From a virus (taxonomy: Duplodnaviria > Caudoviricetes), in the IMG/VR virus record IMGVR_UViG_3300032893_000063, positions 1-53,564 of that record: 53,564 nt of DNA. One strand, given 5' to 3'. Positions within the stretch are counted from its first letter, which is position 1. Every line of letters starts with the position of its first letter. Below, piece by piece: positions 47,712 to 53,564 of this stretch. The notes below the pieces were generated by a model. The model was not told where the DNA came from. It ran no database searches and saw only the letters and a program-made list of their open reading frames with translations. The translations under genes and the position numbers were made by a program.

Positions 47712-48059
47712 CTATTTCCAGCCCACTGCTTTTTTCTCTTCGCTCGTGAGAGTGATCCATTTTTGTTTTTGGTAAGCCTCCTTTTCATAAGGATTTTCTC
47801 GGTAAGCTTTGTCCAAATTTCGAAAACGGATCAGATCGCGAACGAAGTAGAATTGATAGAGAAGGTTGAATTTCCAGAACCCAACCTCTTTAGTTTGTCT
47901 GACATGAACTATTTCATGTCGTATCGTTGTCTTAGGAACGTGCCCCCTATCCTTTTCAAAAAGCACGAAAGGATAGAGGACACAGGCGTCACATCTGAGA
48001 AACTCCGGAAGCCACCGGGCTTGGAGCCATTTCTGTCCGTAAAGAACTCTGAGTCGCAT
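47712..48059 (-). CDS. Small zincin-like metallopeptidase-domain protein
   Basis: HEIVHVRQ...NPYEKEAY. Confidence 0.7.
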   Translation of the reverse strand: MRLRVLYGQKWLQARWLPEFLRCDACVLYPFVLFEKDRGHVPKTTIRHEIVHVRQTKEVGFWKFNLLYQFYFVRDLIRFRNLDKAYRENPYEKEAYQKQKWITLTSEEKKAVGWK

Positions 48060-48234
48060 CTGACCTCCTGTTCTTTATCTTTCGTAGGATAATCGTCTTT
48101 TGGGCTCCCCACACAAACTTGCGAATAATGGGGCCGTCCACGTCGATTGTCCCTCGACAAAGACTGCAATCGTATTTCTTCTCTCCGGTTCCAACAAAAA
48201 CTTGTTGTCCACATCCATGGCATTTCATGTACAT
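47989..48234 (-). CDS. Small Zn-ribbon protein
   Basis: CHGC...CSLC. Confidence 0.5.
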   Translation of the reverse strand: MYMKCHGCGQQVFVGTGEKKYDCSLCRGTIDVDGPIIRKFVWGAQKTIILRKIKNRRSDATQSSLRTEMAPSPVASGVSQM

Positions 48235-48323
48235 TTTATTCCCCCCTATAAAATAAAAAGCCAAGCCCACTAGGTATGGCGGTGGGCTTGGCTTTTCTAA
48301 CCAACAGCATGTTGGCTAGCTTG

Positions 48324-48455
48324 TTAAGTCCTCATCAGATAAAGCGCAGCTACAATAATGAGCACGCCAACTATGAAGATAATTCTTGAAATTCTTGGCG
48401 CAGGATCTGTACCTTGCTTTTGAAGCAATCCCGCGAAAATCGGATAGTAGCTCAA
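48324..48455 (-). CDS. 43-aa single-TM protein (not in ORF track)
   Basis: G-rich RBS, TTG start, IIFIVGVLIIVAALYL. Confidence 0.45.
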   Translation of the reverse strand: MSYYPIFAGLLQKQGTDPAPRISRIIFIVGVLIIVAALYLMRT

Positions 48456-48513
48456 ATTCCCCCCTCTTTGAGTAAGATGGGGGCGACGATACTGCTAATC
48501 GCCCCCACGTAGG

Positions 48514-49074
48514 TTAGTTCGCGTGAACTGAAGTCTCGTGAGTGAAACCGTTGGAAAGAGGAGCGTGTGCTTCCTCGTCCGTAACGTTTCCGTACTTCTC
48601 GTTGAGAGTCCTCAGCTCGGTAGCGATATACCTCTTAGCGACACCGATTTTGTCCCGAATCACATCAGCTTGCTGATCGAGATTTGAAAGGATCTCGTCC
48701 TGCTTATTGATGTATTCTTCGGCTTCGGTGAGCGACGTAAAGCTCAGCTCCCGCTCCACACGAACCTTGCGGATAGCCGTCTTTCTAGCTGCAACCCGAA
48801 AGCTACGCCTGGTGGGCGTAGTCGTGGTTCCGCTATTCCTGGCCTTCAGGGTTTCCCCTGCCCGTTGATGGCGCTCAAATTCAGCGCGTTCCTCGTCGGT
48901 GGGGTCAGGAAGTTCACGGAGCCTTTCGATTCCGGCTGCGAATTTCTCCGGAAGCTCATAGCTTGACGGCTTTTTCTTGTAATACGAAACCGCCGTCATT
49001 TTAAGCAACCGAGAGACCTTCTTGTCCGTTGCGGCTTTCTCCCTAGCTAGACGCCAGAGTTCTCCTACTGTCAT
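48514..49074 (-). CDS. Hypothetical basic coiled-coil protein
   Basis: AAGGAG RBS before MTVGELW. Confidence 0.6.
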   Translation of the reverse strand: MTVGELWRLAREKAATDKKVSRLLKMTAVSYYKKKPSSYELPEKFAAGIERLRELPDPTDEERAEFERHQRAGETLKARNSGTTTTPTRRSFRVAARKTAIRKVRVERELSFTSLTEAEEYINKQDEILSNLDQQADVIRDKIGVAKRYIATELRTLNEKYGNVTDEEAHAPLSNGFTHETSVHAN

Positions 49075-49173
49075 ATCATCTCCTTTACACGTGTTTTTTG
49101 TTGATGATGATGACTGGCTCACGCCAGTCAAACTACCCACCGATGAAGATGGGCAGTTTGCCAGGCGCGAACA

Positions 49174-49374
49174 TCAGTAGTCCCTATTTGACCAGAACTT
49201 CCAGTTTCGGATGGCCCATTGTCTGGCCTCCCGTTCTGTGATTTCGTTCATTAAGAACGAGCAAAGTCCCGCGCCAATAGCACAAATCCAGCCACTCTCT
49301 CCGTCTTCCGTAATGAAGAAGTAGAAAGCAGCGAGGATAAAAACCGCCATGAAAAAGATAGCAAAGTTTTTCAT
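49174..49374 (-). CDS. Small two-TM membrane protein
   Basis: Hydrophobic helices; AAGGAG RBS. Confidence 0.6.
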   Translation of the reverse strand: MKNFAIFFMAVFILAAFYFFITEDGESGWICAIGAGLCSFLMNEITEREARQWAIRNWKFWSNRDY

Positions 49375-49435
49375 TGGGTCTCCTTTCTATGGTAGAGGGA
49401 CCGCAGTTTTCCGCGATCCCTCTGTCCCCAAAGAG

Positions 49436-49627
49436 TCAGTGCTTCGTAGCTTGGGGCTTCGAGGCAGCCGACTTCTTTTTCTTGTGACTCCTCTTCGGAG
49501 CCTGCTTTTCTGTTCCTCCGAGAACTCCGAGCTGACGGAGGACGAAGTATCCGCCGGTTGCCGCACCAGCAGTAACTCCGATAGTGACCGCGTTTCTCTT
49601 CACAAACTCCCACGTATCAGTGAACAT
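49436..49627 (-). CDS. Small membrane protein with basic tail
   Basis: AAGGAG RBS; first gene after the promoter. Confidence 0.6.
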   Translation of the reverse strand: MFTDTWEFVKRNAVTIGVTAGAATGGYFVLRQLGVLGGTEKQAPKRSHKKKKSAASKPQATKH

Positions 49628-49692
49628 CGATTTCTCCTTTTGTTCTTGGTTTTGGGGACGAAGTAAAAATTTATATTCTTACTTCTACATAG

Positions 49693-49700
49693 CTTATACC
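49693..49700 (-). promoter_or_regulatory. Conserved phage promoter GGTATAAG
   Basis: Same 8-mer. Confidence 0.75.
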
Positions 49701-49715
49701 CTGTTTTTGACGCTT

Positions 49716-50063
49716 TTAGTCAGGAAGGTATAGGCCATTAGTTCGGATCACGTTAACGATAGTTTCTCTCGTTTTCGTAGACGGTTTTAAGATCTTGGTA
49801 GCGTAGCTTGAGGTAGCCTCCGTATCTGCCGTGTGCAAAATAAGAGGAATTTTCAAGTTTTTGCAGATCTCTTCTGTGACATCAAATTCCATCCCGTTAT
49901 AGTCACTGACTACAAGCTGGCTTCCGCGAATCTGTGGCACAGCCTCCCTGGGGTTAATCGCTGTTCGCACTTCCCACCCGAGTTCCTTAAAAACGCGGAC
50001 AATGCAGGCCATGATCATGTCATCGTCTTCGATAACAAGAGCTGTCTTCTTTTTTTCTTCCAT
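49716..50063 (-). CDS. Stand-alone response-regulator receiver (CheY-like) domain
   Basis: LVIEDDD acidic pocket, LVVSD phosphoacceptor, HTA, ILKP. Confidence 0.8.
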   Translation of the reverse strand: MEEKKKTALVIEDDDMIMACIVRVFKELGWEVRTAINPREAVPQIRGSQLVVSDYNGMEFDVTEEICKNLKIPLILHTADTEATSSYATKILKPSTKTRETIVNVIRTNGLYLPD

Positions 50064-50134
50064 AAGTCCCTCTCTTGAGTTGGAGAAAGACCTAGAGCTC
50101 TCGAAACGAGGGACCTAGGTCTTTCTCCAATTCC

Positions 50135-50422
50135 TTATTCTGAAAAGAGTCTCCATCTTCTCTTCCTAATCACGATCGTTTCAGGAAGACGCCTCTTTTC
50201 TCTCTCGAAACTCCTCTCCGCCTCTTGGTGTTCCCGGAGCCTATTCTTAGCGTCCCACCGGTACTGGATATAAATCCCCCCAATAACAAAGAGGATCGTC
50301 ATCCAGAGAAATGGGAGCTCATGCTTCTTGTAATAGATGAACCCGGTAAACCAAGGAAACAGAGGAAGAATATCCGTGACTGTTTCTGATTCGGTCATTC
50401 TCTGAATGAACGTCATAGTCAC
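50135..50422 (-). CDS. Small membrane protein
   Basis: Two hydrophobic segments. Confidence 0.55.
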   Translation of the reverse strand: MTMTFIQRMTESETVTDILPLFPWFTGFIYYKKHELPFLWMTILFVIGGIYIQYRWDAKNRLREHQEAERSFEREKRRLPETIVIRKRRWRLFSE

Positions 50423-50592
50423 CTCTTCTTGGGTTTGCTCTTCCTGTTCCTTTTCTTAGAACTGTCACTTCGGGAAGGCACCATTCCTCTCTGGTATCCA
50501 GTGAAAGAGTCCACCACGTTAGTGATGACTCCTCCTACCAGCATACCGAAGACAACAGTCTTAATTGGATTTTCGTAGATTGTCTTAATCAT
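50419..50592 (-). CDS. Small membrane protein with basic tail
   Basis: AAGGAG RBS before MIKTIYEN. Confidence 0.5.
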   Translation of the reverse strand: MIKTIYENPIKTVVFGMLVGGVITNVVDSFTGYQRGMVPSRSDSSKKRNRKSKPKKR

Positions 50593-50773
50593 CGTGCTTT
50601 CTCCTTTGGGTTTTGACGTTATTTCCCGCAGGCTGTCTCGAAGGCGTAGGTGCGGGTTGCACCTGCGCTTGCGAGGCGGTCTCCGGAAGATCGGTTGCGC
50701 CGACAGGTGGTCCATTACGGATCATCTCTTCGGCAGTGAATGCTCCCATAAACAACAGAACTGCGACCCACAT
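50585..50773 (-). CDS. Small secreted/membrane protein
   Basis: Hydrophobic N-terminus; coupled ORF. Confidence 0.45.
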   Translation of the reverse strand: MWVAVLLFMGAFTAEEMIRNGPPVGATDLPETASQAQVQPAPTPSRQPAGNNVKTQRRKHDD

Positions 50774-50774
50774 A

Positions 50775-51050
50775 TCAGGCTGCTTTCCTTCTTCGGTCGA
50801 GTCCTATCCTGTTGGTAGGAACCGTCTTTTCTTTCAAATCCGCCATGAATTCCTCAAGGCTACGGATCTGATCTTTGTAGACGCTTCCATACCGTTTCAG
50901 CGTTGCCAATGGAAACCGAAGTTGGTCCAAAGCGATCTGTCTCGCCTGTTCAACTCCGTTTGGATCTCTACGGTCTGAACCAGACCGTCGCTCCCTATTG
51001 AATGGCGGGGGCGGAACCAGTGGCCTTCTAAAAGGCGGGGGCTGTTTCAT
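50775..51050 (-). CDS. Hypothetical protein (ERRSGSDRR motif)
   Basis: GAGGAG RBS. Confidence 0.55.
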   Translation of the reverse strand: MKQPPPFRRPLVPPPPFNRERRSGSDRRDPNGVEQARQIALDQLRFPLATLKRYGSVYKDQIRSLEEFMADLKEKTVPTNRIGLDRRRKAA

Positions 51051-51101
51051 GCTTCTCTCCTCTCGGTTAAGGTAGTGGGCCTACCCCATGTGATAAGCCC
51101 A

Positions 51102-51407
51102 CTACAAAGTGACAAGGACTTGTTTCAACCCGCGATATGCCGGATCGATGCTCATATACCACCTGAACTGTTCAAGATAGAACTTCCAGACGTAAAGAGC
51201 TCCCTGGTGAACGTCTCTGAAATCTGGAGTAAAGTCACCACTCTCTCCTCCAAATTGATGAGCAAGTTTAGTTGCAAGACGAATGATTTCTCCGTTGGTG
51301 GTTTTCTTACTTACGAGTTGAATCATTCTTTCTCGAACTTCTTGTGCCCACCTCTTCCTTGCCAGCTCCATAACTTGCTGGCCTGTGTGCTCTTTTGCTT
51401 GATTCAT
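51102..51407 (-). CDS. Hypothetical protein
   Basis: GGAGG RBS. Confidence 0.55.
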   Translation of the reverse strand: MNQAKEHTGQQVMELARKRWAQEVRERMIQLVSKKTTNGEIIRLATKLAHQFGGESGDFTPDFRDVHQGALYVWKFYLEQFRWYMSIDPAYRGLKQVLVTL

Positions 51408-51696
51408 GCTCTTCCTCCAACAATTCGTTCCTGATAGTGCCGATTCTAGTTGCTACGTCTGACATTACTTTCTTGGTCTTTTCCATGGCGATGATGCCTT
51501 CTGCTAATTGAAGCGCATCCTCAGCTGTGAGCCCTAATCTCTTTACTCCGATCGAGTTAATAAGATTGACGAGCTTGTGGTTGTACTTACCCAAAAACAT
51601 GGTTTCGACTTCAAGAACTTTGTTAATGTCACCCAGCATCTCTTTAGTATCGAGCGCCATCAGGCGGCTTTCTAGGACACTAGTTCTCTTAGACAT
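51307..51696 (-). CDS. Hypothetical coiled-coil protein
   Basis: First ORF after the structured leader. Confidence 0.55.
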   Translation of the reverse strand: MSKRTSVLESRLMALDTKEMLGDINKVLEVETMFLGKYNHKLVNLINSIGVKRLGLTAEDALQLAEGIIAMEKTKKVMSDVATRIGTIRNELLEEEHESSKRAHRPASYGAGKEEVGTRSSRKNDSTRK

Positions 51697-51838
51697 TGCT
51701 TTTCCTTCCCATACCTAAAGAACCCACAAACACAAAAGCCCCACCGCATAGACTTCAGCAGCAGGGCTCTCGCTTGTGATTCGGGAATTGGATACTGCAA
51801 AATAGAGGTGTCTAAAATGATACCTCTATCTCAAACAT

Positions 51839-51846
51839 CTTATACC
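51839..51846 (-). promoter_or_regulatory. Conserved phage promoter GGTATAAG
   Basis: Same 8-mer. Confidence 0.75.
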
Positions 51847-51885
51847 CTGAAAAAGGGTAATTTTGACCCCTTTTAGGGGGGTAAT

Positions 51886-52083
51886 TTAGGGGGTCTTTTT
51901 GGGCATTTGGGTGCCCTTGAGAAAGCCGCTTACGTTAAAGGCTTGAGGAACCTTTTCAGGCTCCAAGGCAGCGTACGGTACGCCACTTCTAACTTGAGAC
52001 CGCAAAGCACGCATCTTTGAGGCTTCGCCTGCTGCGGCAGAAACGGAGGGGGCTTTGAGCTTGAAACCTTTCCAGAAGGGCAT
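51886..52083 (-). CDS. Small basic protein, FxxGFxxKA variant
   Basis: MPFWKGFKLKAPS; lies between a terminator and the next early promoter. Confidence 0.55.
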   Translation of the reverse strand: MPFWKGFKLKAPSVSAAAGEASKMRALRSQVRSGVPYAALEPEKVPQAFNVSGFLKGTQMPKKTP

Positions 52084-52102
52084 AGGGTCATTCTATCCTA
52101 AT

Positions 52103-52141
52103 AGCTAAAAAAACTGAATAGGGGCGTTAACCCCTATTCAG
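52103..52141 (-). terminator. Intrinsic terminator: hairpin then TTTTTTTAGCT
   Basis: 11-bp stem ctgaatagggg/cccctattcag. Confidence 0.85.
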
Positions 52142-52413
52142 TTGAGCCAAGGCTTTCTTCGAATGTCGGAGGGCGGTGGGACCTCCGGCGCAGTTGGCTC
52201 GTTTACTGCCCCCGAGAGGATTTTCCTGGCGACTTGCTTTAACCGGATCTGTTCAACCACCATCTCATTCTTAATGGTTTCAATTTCCTTCAAGGTGCTA
52301 GTCAGGTTGTCGTTGATTTTAAGCTGTGCCTTATAAGAAACCCGCTCCCGGTGAAGATAGTAAAGACTCACGATTGAAGAAAGCCCCAAAAGTAGGGTGA
52401 GTAAGGTCTGCAT
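52138..52413 (-). CDS. N-terminally anchored coiled-coil protein
   Basis: TM helix followed by heptads. Confidence 0.55.
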   Translation of the reverse strand: MQTLLTLLLGLSSIVSLYYLHRERVSYKAQLKINDNLTSTLKEIETIKNEMVVEQIRLKQVARKILSGAVNEPTAPEVPPPSDIRRKPWLN

Positions 52414-52417
52414 GCCC

Positions 52418-52678
52418 CTAGTTTAGCATAGGACGGTTTGACTCGGCACGAAATGCCTCAGTCACCCTGGCATGCCTTTCCTGGTCTTCTGAAGTGACCG
52501 CGTGGGCAGAGTAGCCGGTAGGCTCCTTCCCAGAATATAAAACGATTTCTGAGGCAAAATCGACTTCCGCTTCCTGCCCTCGGATAACGACATTTTTCAA
52601 TTCTGCCTCTAACCGGTTAGCAGCATCTCGCAACTCTTTGGGTGTTGTTTTGATCCTAAGTCTTGTTCGTGAATGCAT
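52418..52678 (-). CDS. Hypothetical protein
   Basis: AAGGAG RBS. Confidence 0.55.
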   Translation of the reverse strand: MHSRTRLRIKTTPKELRDAANRLEAELKNVVIRGQEAEVDFASEIVLYSGKEPTGYSAHAVTSEDQERHARVTEAFRAESNRPMLN

Positions 52679-52687
52679 TGAGTCTCC

Positions 52688-53564
52688 TTATTTTGTCCAA
52701 TACGGTTCTAGGTGTCCCTCCACTTCGACAGGCACCCTCTTACAATACCTTTGTCCACACTCGATCATAATCTTCTTCTGAAGCTCGTGAACCTCTTCGG
52801 CGTCCCTCTTAGCAATATCTAAGACGGTTTCGTCGTAAACTGAGTTGTAGAATCTGGCATCGTATTTACGTTCTTTGCACTTTTTTCTGATCTCGTACAT
52901 CGACTCCTTGGTCCACTCCACATTTGTAGATTGAACCGGGTGGTTTCCGCCTTCTCGTTCGATCGCTGCCCACTGTCCCTGGATTTTGTCCTCAGCAATT
53001 TTGTAGCACTGGTCGATTTGCTCTTCGGAAAGCTCAAGCTTTTTGCTCTTTTTCAGGACCTCCGCTTTGATCTGCCCGAGAACCTTATGATAGTTCGGGG
53101 CGTGCCAGCGTCGCTTTCTTCCAGCGATATTGGCAATGACGAGGTCCCTACGAGCCGCTCTTCGGTTTTTATCGAGCCAAGCGATAGCAACAGTGAACGT
53201 GGACTTATATTTCCTAAAGAGGTCCTTACACTCCTCCAGTGAAATCTTATGTCCCATTCCGTTGAGCTTGTCATAGAGTTTTTGTGGACCCATTCCATAA
53301 GCCAGTCCGAAATTCAAGTTTTTGACTGGCGTTCGAATCGGGTCTTTTTTATCGACTTTCTCCCTGTTAAAAAGCATTGCAGCCACATAGCAGTGGAAAT
53401 CCACTCCTGAGTTGAATCCGGCAACCATAAGAGGGTCGCCAGACTGGTCTGCAATAATTCTTAATTCCGCCCCAGAAAAGTCCACTGTGGAAATGAGTCT
53501 TCCATCGTCCGTAATGAAAGCATTTCGGAAATACTTCTCTTGCGGAATGTTGAGCACATTCGGT
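52688..53564 (-). CDS. polA: Family A DNA polymerase, C-terminal polymerase domain (5' part outside the window)
   Basis: NIP, motif A DFSGAELRIIA, motif B KNLNFGLAYG, NHPVQST, motif C VYDE. Confidence 0.92.
   Translation of the reverse strand, partial: PNVLNIPQEKYFRNAFITDDGRLISTVDFSGAELRIIADQSGDPLMVAGFNSGVDFHCYVAAMLFNREKVDKKDPIRTPVKNLNFGLAYGMGPQKLYDKLNGMGHKISLEECKDLFRKYKSTFTVAIAWLDKNRRAARRDLVIANIAGRKRRWHAPNYHKVLGQIKAEVLKKSKKLELSEEQIDQCYKIAEDKIQGQWAAIEREGGNHPVQSTNVEWTKESMYEIRKKCKERKYDARFYNSVYDETVLDIAKRDAEEVHELQKKIMIECGQRYCKRVPVEVEGHLEPYWTK

Noticed and set aside
52688-53564. Inactive polymerase because motif C reads YDE rather than HDE
   Set aside because: The catalytic Asp residues of motifs A and C are intact, so the substitution alone does not indicate loss of function
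1-53564. tRNA/rRNA genes, introns, inteins, integrase, stop-codon reassignment
   Set aside because: None recognised by eye; all three stop codons end genes normally. tRNAscan/Infernal were not run

Overview
A 53.6-kb segment of a large tailed dsDNA phage, probably a jumbo myovirus using the standard code. The host may be Bdellovibrionota/deltaproteobacterial, inferred only from the host-like SSB and the signal-peptide fibre proteins. The + strand carries late/virion genes: tail fibres, a holin/spanin-like cluster, portal, a 2032-aa fused beta-beta' RNA polymerase, baseplate spike, terminase, and small basic proteins sharing an N-terminal FxxGFxK(T/S)A motif. Interleaved - strand islands of small genes start at a conserved GGTATAAG promoter and end at hairpin-T-tract-AG(C/T)T terminators; they include SSB, a SLOG/DprA-like protein, a receiver domain, a collagen lipoprotein and family A DNA polymerase. 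The standout is at 45.1-46.8 kb: an FEWDD-motif gene and a Cas7/RAMP-like gene, followed by a non-coding array of 7 units. Each unit is GGCAG-HA-NN plus 7-14 phased GGA-like-triplet/NN pentamers. Reading the NN dinucleotides as codon positions 1-2 spells conserved mobile-element protein motifs, notably VWKLDRLGR (serine recombinase) and GYDVLVIDS (Walker B). This points to an RNA-guided system with a gapped, wobble-skipping target code. All calls were made by eye, with no database searches.
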